DNA of 37,045 nt from a virus (Duplodnaviria; Caudoviricetes). This document shows positions 15,501 through 23,009 of the stretch, piece after piece. The stretch covers positions 1-37,045 of IMG/VR virus record IMGVR_UViG_3300031269_000043. One strand, 5' to 3'. The translations under genes were made by a program, and so were the position numbers. The notes below the pieces were generated by a model, which worked only from the letters and a program-made list of their open reading frames with translations, was not told where the DNA came from and ran no database searches. The first letter of the stretch is position 1. The number at the start of each line of letters is the position of its first letter.

Positions 15501-16859
15501 CCCGGCGTCCGGGTGGTCCTTGAAGTGCGCAAGGTGCTGTTCTGACGTGGAGGGTGCCCCCGTCTTTTCCGTGGTCATGACCGGCTTGAGGTTCAGCCCT
15601 TGGGGGGAGAACAGGAAGTCCGCGATCATCTTGGGCTTGGACAGGGGAGCGCCGCCGTGTTCGTCAAGACCCCCGGCCTTGTCCAGCACCCACTTTGGCA
15701 GGGTGTTCACCGCCTTCTTGGTGGCCTCTATCATCCGGCCTTCAAGGTCCGCGCCGAACGCATGGAACTTGTCCGTGTCCACGCATACGCCTGTCCGCTC
15801 CATCTTGTGCAGCGCCTTGAGCGTGGGGTGCACGATGTTCAGGTAGACCGAGGCCAAGCTGTTCTTGGCAGGCTTGCCGTTCTTGGTGAGGTTGTCGGAC
15901 AGGAGTTCCTTGCGGATTTCTCCGTAGTTCCTCAGACACGCATCGGTGTCACCCCCGGCGTAGGGTAGTAGGTCCGCCTTGGGGACTTCCCCCATCTTGC
16001 TCTTGTCATGGGAGGCGTTGAACAGGGTGTCGTAGCCCCCCAAGTCAGGGGCGTATATCTTGGTGTGCAATTCCAGCGTGTTAGGTCGATTTTCGTCCAC
16101 CAGCGATCCGCCGTTGCACGTGTCAAAGGCAAAGCGCGGGCACAGGTCGATGCCCCACTTCTCCCGGACCCAGCCCATGTCATACTTGAAGTTCGCGCCC
16201 ACCAGCCTGATCCACGGTTGCGCCGCTATCCACTCAAGTTGAGGCAGCAGGTGCTTCTGAATATGTGCCCACGACATCCCCAGCGTGTAGATCACATCCG
16301 TGATGCCGGGCTTGGCCGTCGCTTGCAGACACACGATCTGCTTCGCCGGGTTGTAGGGGTCCAGCCCTTCCGTCTCGGTGTCCAGCGACAACTCCACAGG
16401 AAGGCCCGTCAGGGCGTGCTTTGCTTTCAGGTAGGCAATGACCCCGGACAGGTCGGGCACGTATTGATAGTTGCCCAGAATGGCGTCCATGGAGCCGGTT
16501 TTCTCGAACCGCCGGTAGATGCCAAGGTCCGTCTCTAACTTGACCCAATCGGCAATCTCTATATTCCTCACTTGCGGGGCGTAGGTGATGCCCAGACTGA
16601 GGGGGCTGGACCAGCCGTCCGGTTGGATGTTCTGAAACAGCTTGCCCCGGTTGGCCTCGACGCCGCCCTTCTTCGGTATCCACCCCGCCGCCTGCACCAT
16701 CTTGACCGCCGGGCCACCGCACGCAATCCAGAGCGGTTCGTCCGGGTCAGGCTGTAGCCATTGCGGGTTGATCTTGACGCTGACGCCCTCTTGCACTTTC
16801 AGGTGCGAGAGGGCGCTCTGGACATCAAGTTCGTCAGCTTCGCTTATGATCAGCCGCAT
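12552..16859 (-). CDS. family A DNA polymerase with 3'-5' exonuclease and two inteins (795 aa after splicing)
   Basis: Exo motifs SLDTET, ANFKYD, YAGGD; Pol motifs DYSQGELKV, RQNGKAGNFGLIYG, QIHD. Confidence 0.95.
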   Translation of the reverse strand: MRLIISEADELDVQSALSHLKVQEGVSVKINPQWLQPDPDEPLWIACGGPAVKMVQAAGWIPKKGGVEANRGKLFQNIQPDGWSSPLSLGITYAPQVRNIEIADWVKLETDLGIYRRFEKTGSMDAILGNYQYVPDLSGVIAYLKAKHALTGLPVELSLDTETEGLDPYNPAKQIVCLQATAKPGITDVIYTLGMSWAHIQKHLLPQLEWIAAQPWIRLVGANFKYDMGWVREKWGIDLCPRFAFDTCNGGSLVDENRPNTLELHTKIYAPDLGGYDTLFNASHDKSKMGEVPKADLLPYAGGDTDACLRNYGEIRKELLSDNLTKNGKPAKNSLASVYLNIVHPTLKALHKMERTGVCVDTDKFHAFGADLEGRMIEATKKAVNTLPKWVLDKAGGLDEHGGAPLSKPKMIADFLFSPQGLNLKPVMTTEKTGAPSTSEQHLAHFKDHPDAGPLIEHYLDYKSTSKMHGTYYKGFLNHLRADNRWHASYIIHKQGSGKNNEQEAAGTVCVTADTLFTTTKGVIPYTALKKGDEVLTHLGKTKPITDLIDNGTRSVVRVSTADGNSLTCTENHPFLTQSGWVNASDLVIEQVVFSLSGAEEWRKVPDWPLQVSSWGRVTSHTGTILAQAPKGRWGHLKVSCCRDKKWVRGEHYKDFPVHRLVASVFVDNPENLPQVRHLNGLAWDNRADNLVWGTDQHNRNDMKNHGTGRGTKSNQKLTEQQIGFITKDPRTHTSIAKEYGVTRRLVGMVKSGERRSYQPTTPPKATFAPTKVSAIEVLPPQPTFGVTVKDAHSHVTNGLVTHNTGRGSATAPAFQCVTGETEILTPHGVRTAAQLIDPVIPDDAYNPFKAHEVTVWGGEGWETTTNVFKSWRSDLLRIRTKCGNQITCTPEHPIWLHIFQGSQSLQWVQAKDIGEADRIALPKPVTRAAPPEGYPYEAFEALGVIAAHGYLAATGDTLYIETKPEHSDTIMQAAAKLGITASRERAVDGASVRDVVRVQMVPDMPPRAVQWLLWIPHPSVPIIPYELRGTTAWHPILRGILKGAGEYMKGRKGRRGVRVRVNARSLTQVMVREAMFDGVIPPITRGRVDHFAVEYLGYTATYHLTAAGLPLMGIDYPPAYRKPVEGLSVISVEEAGAGWVYDFTLPKTHAFSANSMKVHNTVPKHSYWGKRLRECIVAPDGHVIVARDYSQGELKVAACWAGEQKMLQAYLNKIDLHVLTAATVNSMTYEEAMHLKGVDEAAFKMLRQNGKAGNFGLIYGMQAYGFMMYAEAVYGVKLTLEQAEAMRDAFFNLYPGLPYWHDRQIIEAQTNGTVRSPLGRLRHLPNINSPIKAVRKKAQNQAINSPIQATLVDMMWWSMAIIEEERPALLTPCGQIHDQGLWYVPEDEVDDALLYSGQVMEDLPFEKSFGWKPELKFTTDAEVGLNLAELAEVA
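13377..14411 (-). mobile_element. polymerase intein 2 (345 aa), degenerate LAGLIDADG
   Basis: CVTGETEILTPHG...CTPEHP...VYDFTLPKTHAFSANSMKVHN/T; EALGVIAAHG and LRGILKGAG lack the catalytic acidic residues. Confidence 0.9.
13661..13676. repeat. 16-bp palindrome copy 4, GTGAACGTGCGTTCAC
   Basis: Seen directly, inside polymerase intein 2. Confidence 0.85.
14448..15332 (-). mobile_element. polymerase intein 1 (295 aa) with HNH endonuclease
   Basis: CVTADTLFTT...CTENHPF...GLVTHN/T; VHRLVASVF...VRHLNG...DNRADNL; lower GC. Confidence 0.92.
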
Positions 16860-16869
16860 GGTCGTCCCT

Positions 16870-17634
16870 TCATTTGACCCCCTCGGTCAGCTTGCCTATG
16901 GCCGGGAACCCGGATGTGATCCAAGGACGCAGCGCCGCATAGAAGGCCCCGAACAGGGCGCGGTATTCTCCGGCGGTCTCGCTACTGTATGGCCCGCTCA
17001 TATGAGCGTGGCAAGTCAGGCGGTCGTCATACTTGTTCACCACCCCCAGCCGCTCGAATATCGCCAACGCTTGGCCTTGGGGTGCCACGTTCGTGTTCGT
17101 GGTTACCCGGAAGGAAACCTGATTGCCCTTGATGCGCGCGGCCACCTTGAGTTCCGGCCCGATGAAGCAGGTCTTGTAGATCGAACCGCTCCCCGTGCCA
17201 AGAACCGGCTGGTGCATGGCGTCGGACTGGTGCAGGTGCAGCACGCCGGGGAATAGCTTCTGAGCCACCGCCTGCACCCATTCCTCATCCTGCATGTCGT
17301 CATAGGGTGCCACCGGGGCCGGAGCCAGCGCCTTGACCTCCTTCATGCCCCCCGCTTGCGCTACATACTTCTCGCCTTGGGTGGTGGCCGTCACCACGCC
17401 CGCGAACAGTTCGATGATGGCGTCACGGGTGGTGTCGAACTTGAACCCCTTCTTGATGCCGGGGATGCCCACCGGGATGGTGCACTCGATGTCCTTGTGG
17501 CGTATGTAGGTCTCCGTCATGGAGACAAAGACCTTGGTATCCTCGGGCAAGGACAGCGCGGCCCTCACCTGATTTTGTAGTTTGATAAGAGGGCCGGGGT
17601 TGTCGGTAAAGGCCGGGCTGAATTTCACGGGCAT
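16870..17634 (-). CDS. hypothetical protein
   Basis: 254-aa ORF with CCTTGGAGAC RBS and own promoter. Confidence 0.8.
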   Translation of the reverse strand: MPVKFSPAFTDNPGPLIKLQNQVRAALSLPEDTKVFVSMTETYIRHKDIECTIPVGIPGIKKGFKFDTTRDAIIELFAGVVTATTQGEKYVAQAGGMKEVKALAPAPVAPYDDMQDEEWVQAVAQKLFPGVLHLHQSDAMHQPVLGTGSGSIYKTCFIGPELKVAARIKGNQVSFRVTTNTNVAPQGQALAIFERLGVVNKYDDRLTCHAHMSGPYSSETAGEYRALFGAFYAALRPWITSGFPAIGKLTEGVK

Positions 17635-17663
17635 ATCAGGGTCTCCAAGGTTGGTGTCCTGCC

Positions 17664-17693
17664 AGACTAAAAGCCCGCGCCGCGTTTATCAAC
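17664..17693 (-). promoter_or_regulatory. promoter variant TTGATA-17-TAGTCT
   Basis: GGTTGATAAAC at the end of the upstream gene; leader CCTTGGAGAC follows. Confidence 0.7.
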
Positions 17694-18302
17694 CGCTTTG
17701 CTCGCGTATTTGTCAGGCGGCATCTTGCACCCGAAGTGCGTCACAAGGAAACCCTCCTGTGCCTTGTTCTCGACCGCCTTCTTGCAGTAATGCTCCCGCG
17801 TCCACCCGATGGCATCGTCAGAGACGCCCAGAGCGGCCACGACAGCGGCAAGAACCATCCCCGTGCGCCCATGCCCCCCGATGCAGCCCACGTGCACCGT
17901 GCAGCCATCTGACAGCGCCCCGGTGATGTAGGTGATCAGGGACTTGAACTTCTCCGGGTTGGCCGGGATGCGCATGTTTTCGATAGGGTAGAAGATTGAC
18001 ACGGGGGTGGTGTGGAAGTCCGTGCCTTCCTCGAAGTAGGGATGCTTCATGGAGCCGTCCAGCGCGACGTAGACGTGGACGTTCTCGTGCCGCTGGTGGT
18101 CCCGGCAGTTGCCGCCCAAGAGGGTGCCTCCGCCAAGCGACAGGGCGGGGTGGTCCATGTGGCACGCGCCGGAGTTGAACGAACGCTGTCTGGGTTCTCC
18201 GTATCCGCCCATGTCGTAGTATCCTCCGTCAATGGTGATGGCCCCGTTGCCGTGCATTGTGCCGCTCTTGCGGCGTCCGTCTTGGGTTCGTTTCGTGGTC
18301 AT
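17667..18302 (-). CDS. protein-tyrosine/dual-specificity phosphatase-like protein
   Basis: CX5R loop VHVGCIGGHGRTG, then AIGWTREHYCKKAVENKAQ. Confidence 0.85.
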   Translation of the reverse strand: MTTKRTQDGRRKSGTMHGNGAITIDGGYYDMGGYGEPRQRSFNSGACHMDHPALSLGGGTLLGGNCRDHQRHENVHVYVALDGSMKHPYFEEGTDFHTTPVSIFYPIENMRIPANPEKFKSLITYITGALSDGCTVHVGCIGGHGRTGMVLAAVVAALGVSDDAIGWTREHYCKKAVENKAQEGFLVTHFGCKMPPDKYASKAVDKRGAGF

Positions 18303-19252
18303 GTCTCTGCCCTCTGTGTGCTGGTGGTGAATGTGATAGGCCCCAGCTTCTTGCTGGTGACGCCGCCCTTCTTGGACCCCTTCACCGCCGAAGCCAGACC
18401 CTTCTGCCCGTCACTGGTCACGCCCCCGCCCGCGCCCGGCTTGTAGTCCGGGTTCACGGTCTGGATTGCGGCCACGGCCTCGGAGACAAACTCCACGAAG
18501 ATGGGCAGGACCGGGTGCTGATAGTCGCTGTCCGAGTAGATCGTAGTGGCCAAGTCAAACACGCTGGACTTGGCTTGCGCGTTCAGGGTGTTCGCAAGAT
18601 TGCTGTCGTGATATTTGAAATAAAAGCCCTTGTTAAAGATCGGCCCGGTATTGTGCACAAGGGTCCACGCCCGGTCCGCCGCGAGCATCGCGCTGGTGTC
18701 TCCGTCGATGTATTGCTTGATCACCAGAGCGATGTCGGCCCACTTCTTGCCGCCGAACGCGCCATACCAGCCGCCGTGTCGATAGTGGCGTTCCACCGCG
18801 TCCACATAGGCCCCGACCGGCTTGTGTCCGATGTTGTCCACGTGCTTCATGTATGACCCGCCGCTGGTGATGGCCTTGACCGCCGCCAGTATCTCGGGGT
18901 CGATGTTGGTGCCAGCGAACGCCTTGTTCGTCATGGTGCTGGACCCATGGCGCAATTCCTTAGTGATGATCTGCCACGTGTAGAAGATCAGTTGCTTGCA
19001 GACCACGCCGCACGATTGATACCAGAGCGACGACAGGTGAGCCAGCTTCTCCGGGGTCAGGGTAGGGGCCGTGATGGTGAGCATGTCCGCCAGTTCGACG
19101 CCGCCATAGTGGATGAACGCGCCCATCGTGGGGTGCATGTCGTCGGGATGAATGCTGGTGGTCTCAGCGTGGCGCACATCCTTGATGGGCAAGGCCCGCT
19201 GGTTCTTTGCAACGCGCAAGGGGTGGGTCTTGAAATAGTCTAGGGTAGGCAT
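18299..19252 (-). CDS. protein of unknown function (317 aa)
   Basis: Own promoter and leader; enzyme-like segment KELRH...GGKKWADIA...DRAWTLVHNTGPIFNK. Confidence 0.8.
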   Translation of the reverse strand: MPTLDYFKTHPLRVAKNQRALPIKDVRHAETTSIHPDDMHPTMGAFIHYGGVELADMLTITAPTLTPEKLAHLSSLWYQSCGVVCKQLIFYTWQIITKELRHGSSTMTNKAFAGTNIDPEILAAVKAITSGGSYMKHVDNIGHKPVGAYVDAVERHYRHGGWYGAFGGKKWADIALVIKQYIDGDTSAMLAADRAWTLVHNTGPIFNKGFYFKYHDSNLANTLNAQAKSSVFDLATTIYSDSDYQHPVLPIFVEFVSEAVAAIQTVNPDYKPGAGGGVTSDGQKGLASAVKGSKKGGVTSKKLGPITFTTSTQRAET

Positions 19253-19285
19253 GGGTGTCTCCAAGGTTAAGGCGGTGATAGGGGC

Positions 19286-19315
19286 AGACTACACGCCTGC
19301 CCCGCGTTTGTCAAC
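19286..19315 (-). promoter_or_regulatory. GTTGACAAAC-type promoter TTGACA-17-TAGTCT
   Basis: The -35 contains the stop codon of the upstream phosphatase gene. Confidence 0.8.
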
Positions 19316-19841
19316 CGGCTTTCAACAGGCGCTTGAGCCAGCCCATGCCGATGCGCTCCATGAAGCCGGGGCGCTCGGGCACCGGGTCCAGATGCAGGCC
19401 CGTTTCCACTAGGTTGCGCACTTCCTCGGTCATGGAGAACTCGGCCACTTGCTCTTTCTGTTCGGCGGTCTCGACCGCGCCCGACTTGTAGATGGCCCGG
19501 ATATACTTGATGGCGTCCGGGCCGTTCATGCCGGGGTGTTGCCCGGCAAGGATGGCGAGCAGGGTTCCCGTCCGCCCGGTGCCGCCCATGCAGCCCACGT
19601 AAAGCCGATAATCCTCTTTCAGCAGCCGGATGATAGTCGGCAGTCCCGCCGTCAGCTTGTCCGGGTCGAAGGGCTGGAAGTCCTTGGTCCCGATGTCCAC
19701 GGCCACCCGGCTGGGGTCCGCCGGGATTTCCTCCGCGCACCGGACCAGAAGCCGGTCGTCGGGAAGTTCGCGGGTAGGCCCGGCCATGATGTAGGCGATC
19801 TGGTCGCCGGGCAGGAAGATGGGGAGGGTCTTGGTAGTCAT
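19311..19841 (-). CDS. second protein-tyrosine/dual-specificity phosphatase-like protein
   Basis: LYVGCMGGTGRTG, then AIKYIRAIYKSGAVETAEQ; GGAG RBS. Confidence 0.85.
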   Translation of the reverse strand: MTTKTLPIFLPGDQIAYIMAGPTRELPDDRLLVRCAEEIPADPSRVAVDIGTKDFQPFDPDKLTAGLPTIIRLLKEDYRLYVGCMGGTGRTGTLLAILAGQHPGMNGPDAIKYIRAIYKSGAVETAEQKEQVAEFSMTEEVRNLVETGLHLDPVPERPGFMERIGMGWLKRLLKAG

Positions 19842-19842
19842 G

Positions 19843-20220
19843 TCAGTCTCTCCGATCAGTCGTGGTGTCACATAGGGGTTGCGTAGGATCAAAGGCTCGG
19901 GGGCAGGGGCGGGAGCAGGTGCCCCGGTGCCCGTCGATGGTGGCCTGTATGCGGCGCACCATCATGCCGCCACAGAGACGGCACTCAGTGACGGGTCTGG
20001 TGTCCGTGGGGCGTGGACCCACCATGACCACAGACACCACCTGTCCGCCCCGGATATGAAGCACGAAGGGGCCATAGGCTCGATTGCCCGCCGGGTGCTG
20101 TATCGGCATGGCATTGATGGCCAGCCCCCGGACGCGGGCCTCGGTGTCACCATATAGGCCACAGGACCGGCCTTGCAGGATGGCGTTGCGGCTGACCGTT
20201 ATCTCATGAGGAAGGGTCAT
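19843..20220 (-). CDS. hypothetical protein with C-terminal Cys cluster
   Basis: CRLCGG...RPCP; overlaps the upstream gene end. Confidence 0.6.
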   Translation of the reverse strand: MTLPHEITVSRNAILQGRSCGLYGDTEARVRGLAINAMPIQHPAGNRAYGPFVLHIRGGQVVSVVMVGPRPTDTRPVTECRLCGGMMVRRIQATIDGHRGTCSRPCPRAFDPTQPLCDTTTDRRD

Positions 20221-20476
20221 AGGGCTGTTCCCGGATGCGCACCGCACGCGGCGCGTCGAACAGGAACTTCACCCGGTTGGACATTACCTTGTTCCGCTCC
20301 ATGGAAACGAACACGTTCGGGAACACTTCTACCTTGCGGTCGGCACTCACGACGAAAGGCTCGGGTTCCTGATCCACCGAAACCTGCACCACGCCGGGCG
20401 CTCGTAGCGTGCCGACCGTCAGCAAGCGGTCGCCCACCTTGATGCTTTGGCCCTCGTATGCGGTTATTACAAACAT
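20204..20476 (-). CDS. CsrA-like (carbon storage regulator fold) protein, extended
   Basis: N-terminal MFVITAYEGQSIKVGD and C-terminal RVKFLFDAPRAVRIRE resemble the two ends of CsrA. Confidence 0.55.
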   Translation of the reverse strand: MFVITAYEGQSIKVGDRLLTVGTLRAPGVVQVSVDQEPEPFVVSADRKVEVFPNVFVSMERNKVMSNRVKFLFDAPRAVRIREQPYDPSS

Positions 20477-20490
20477 GGTGCAGCATCGCC

Positions 20491-22347
20491 TCAGTCCCCC
20501 AGCAGGTCAAGCAAGTCCAGCACGCTGATCTTGCTGGTGTTCATTTTCACTTTCAGGCCGGTGGCGACTGCCTCGTGCATTTCCTTCGGCACGCCATAGA
20601 GGACCGTCATATCTTCCATGTCCGGGCCGTAGTGTTCCGCCAAGGAACCGAACAGGCTGGCGGGTGTCGGGGAGAACATATCCTCCCCCAAGCCTTCCAG
20701 TTCAAAGGCCAGCGCCACCGTCTTGCCCTTGAGCATAAGGCGCTCGGCGCGGGCAAGCTGGCGCTCGACGCCGGGCAAGTCCATGGGGTTCAAGGGCAGG
20801 ACGACATGCTCGCCAAGCCCGCAATCCCGATAGTAGGTCTCCGCCGGAACGTCCACGCCTTGACCTTGGACAATCTCGTGCAGGAGGCTGTAAATCTCGC
20901 GCGGGGGCGCGGCCTGCTCGACCTTGCACTCCCCAAGCCATACCTGCCCGGACGTGCCGTCCAGCGTGACGGTCATGCCTTCCTTGATCAAGGCGGCAAG
21001 GCCGGAAACCTCGAACCCTTTCTGGTGGATGGCCGGGGCCATGCCACCGCATCCCACCACGGCGGGAACCCCGATGCCACGGGCTACCACGGCGGAGTGG
21101 CACGTGAAGCCCCCGGCGGCGGTCCAGATTGCCCCGGCCTTGGCCATGATGGGGAAGTCCTCGGGTTGCGTGTCCACGGCCACCAGAATGCAGTCCTTGT
21201 CCACCTTGTGGAGCGGGGTGGCCCGGAACACCACCTTGCCGGATACCGCGCCGGGCGATGCCGCCAGCCCGGTGCTGATCGGGGCCTGCTCAGTGTGAAC
21301 CACCGGCACCTGACACTTGGCGATCATGCCCCGCGTCACGCGCTCTTTCAGGTAGGCCAGTTGAGACACCGGCAATCCCTGATGCAGTTCCTTGGCAAGA
21401 GCGCAGGCCGTGACGATGCGGGCGCGGGCGCTCATCTTCGCCGTGCGGGTTTGCAGCACGTATAGTTCGCCCTTTTCGTAGGTGAACTCGATGTCCTGAA
21501 CATCGCCGTAGGTGCCTTCCAGCTTGGAGCAGAGTTGCGCCAGTTCGTCTTGCACGTTCAGGGGCAGTTCGCTGATCGGGTCCGGGGTGATTTCGCCGGA
21601 AACCACTTCCTCGCCTTGCGCCTGCACCGCGAACTCGCCGCGCATCTTGGCCTCGCCGGTGGCCGGGTCGCGGCTGAACATGACGCCGGAGCCGGAGAAG
21701 CCCCCCGCCGTGCCCATGACCATGCGCTGGATCACGCATCCGGTTCCCATGTCTCCGTCGATATTGTGCATCTTGCGATAGGCCACGGCGCGGGGTGTGT
21801 CCCAGCTATCGAACACCGCCTTGACACACGCGGCCACCTGATCAAAGCGGCTCTGCGGAATGGCCACCTGTTCGCTGGCCTGAACCACGCCGGTGAGCAG
21901 CTTGCGGAACTTGCCGGAGTGACCTTGTGAACGTGCGTTCACCAGATCGCACAGTTCGGCGGTGCGGTCCTTCGGGACGCCGTGCACGATGCCCAGCCAT
22001 GACGTGACGTAGCGCCGGGTAGCGCCGGGGAACATATCGTCAAGTTCGGGGGTGACGCCCACGTTCAGAACGGTGTCCATCATGCCGGGCATGGAGATAG
22101 GGGCACCGGAGCGCACGCTGAACATGCTGTCCGGGTAGGCGTCAAGGTGGGCCATGATTGCTTGATCCACGGCCACCGGAAGCACGCTGGTCTCACGGTA
22201 GGTTTTCCAGCACTCAGTGGTCAGGATCAGCGCCTCGGGCACCGGGAGGCCCGCTTGTGCCATGCCCAGAAGGCCAGCACCTTTGCCGCCATGGAGGGCG
22301 TTGTCAGGTTGAGCGTTCGCGCCGGTGTTGGCAAAATAGCTAGGCAT
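20491..22347 (-). CDS. pyruvate phosphate dikinase-like protein: ATP-grasp plus phospho-His swivel domain, lacking the pyruvate-binding TIM barrel
   Basis: GGKGAGL, SVRSGAPISMPGMMDTVLNVG, AQGEEVVSG, QDIEFT..LQTR, GGFTCHSAVVARG, VTLDGTSG; only ~140 aa after the swivel domain. Confidence 0.9.
   Translation of the reverse strand: MPSYFANTGANAQPDNALHGGKGAGLLGMAQAGLPVPEALILTTECWKTYRETSVLPVAVDQAIMAHLDAYPDSMFSVRSGAPISMPGMMDTVLNVGVTPELDDMFPGATRRYVTSWLGIVHGVPKDRTAELCDLVNARSQGHSGKFRKLLTGVVQASEQVAIPQSRFDQVAACVKAVFDSWDTPRAVAYRKMHNIDGDMGTGCVIQRMVMGTAGGFSGSGVMFSRDPATGEAKMRGEFAVQAQGEEVVSGEITPDPISELPLNVQDELAQLCSKLEGTYGDVQDIEFTYEKGELYVLQTRTAKMSARARIVTACALAKELHQGLPVSQLAYLKERVTRGMIAKCQVPVVHTEQAPISTGLAASPGAVSGKVVFRATPLHKVDKDCILVAVDTQPEDFPIMAKAGAIWTAAGGFTCHSAVVARGIGVPAVVGCGGMAPAIHQKGFEVSGLAALIKEGMTVTLDGTSGQVWLGECKVEQAAPPREIYSLLHEIVQGQGVDVPAETYYRDCGLGEHVVLPLNPMDLPGVERQLARAERLMLKGKTVALAFELEGLGEDMFSPTPASLFGSLAEHYGPDMEDMTVLYGVPKEMHEAVATGLKVKMNTSKISVLDLLDLLGD
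21927..21942. repeat. 16-bp palindrome copy 5, GTGAACGTGCGTTCAC
   Basis: Seen directly, inside the PPDK-like gene. Confidence 0.85.
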
Positions 22348-22375
22348 CGGGGTGGTCTCCAAGGTTGTGGTCTTG

Positions 22376-22408
22376 GGGATACTCCCAACCCGCGCCCCGT
22401 TTGTCAAC
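22376..22408 (-). promoter_or_regulatory. GTTGACAAAC-type promoter for the PPDK-like operon
   Basis: TTGACA 22402-22407 overlapping the upstream stop; -10 weak (GAGTAT); CCTTGGAGAC leader follows. Confidence 0.65.
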
Positions 22409-23009
22409 CGTCTATTTTGCTCTCGGGATAGCGATACAGTTCGGTGGCCAGATATTGGTCATAGCACAGGCCGGTCATGCGGACGGCGTGCTTCACGTCA
22501 AGGTTCCAGTCCCCGACCTCATCCGTCTCCGCGTCCTCTTTGAGCAGGATGGCGGCGGGCACCACGGGCGCGTCCGGGGGGAAGCGGTAGTCGTCCACCA
22601 GCTTCACCAGAGCGCAGGCGTTGACATACAGGAACTCCCGGTTGTTCAGGTAGAACCCGGCGCTTTTGATCTTGCCATAGGCGGCGTGCATACGGTTCAG
22701 CATGGTCTCACGCTTGCGCTCGGGTAGCATGGCAGAGACGCGGGCCATGCTGGTCAGGATCGCGGTGTGCACGTCCCCCCGGATGGTGGCCTGAAAGGTC
22801 TGGTGACAGTCGTCAATCGCCATGTGGAGGCAGTAGGAGGGCAGAGCCAGCGCGGCGGCTTGAGCGGGGTTCTTCACCCGGACAGCCTCTTTCTGTTGCC
22901 GACCCTTGTAAATCTGATCCCACTGTTCCTCGTCGGACAGTTCGCGCCAGCGCGGCGCACGCTTGGGCTTGGGGCCTTCTATGGGGGCGAGTTCACTTGG
23001 TTTTTGCAT
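22404..23009 (-). CDS. hypothetical protein
   Basis: AAGGA RBS before MQKPSEL...; fills the gap between the glycosyltransferase and PPDK-like genes. Confidence 0.7.
   Translation of the reverse strand: MQKPSELAPIEGPKPKRAPRWRELSDEEQWDQIYKGRQQKEAVRVKNPAQAAALALPSYCLHMAIDDCHQTFQATIRGDVHTAILTSMARVSAMLPERKRETMLNRMHAAYGKIKSAGFYLNNREFLYVNACALVKLVDDYRFPPDAPVVPAAILLKEDAETDEVGDWNLDVKHAVRMTGLCYDQYLATELYRYPESKIDG

Noticed and set aside
20491-22347. Canonical ppdK, or a frameshifted ppdK pseudogene
   Set aside because: The C-terminal barrel is absent and I see no continuation in other frames; the ORF ends cleanly before the next gene, so no gene symbol was given.
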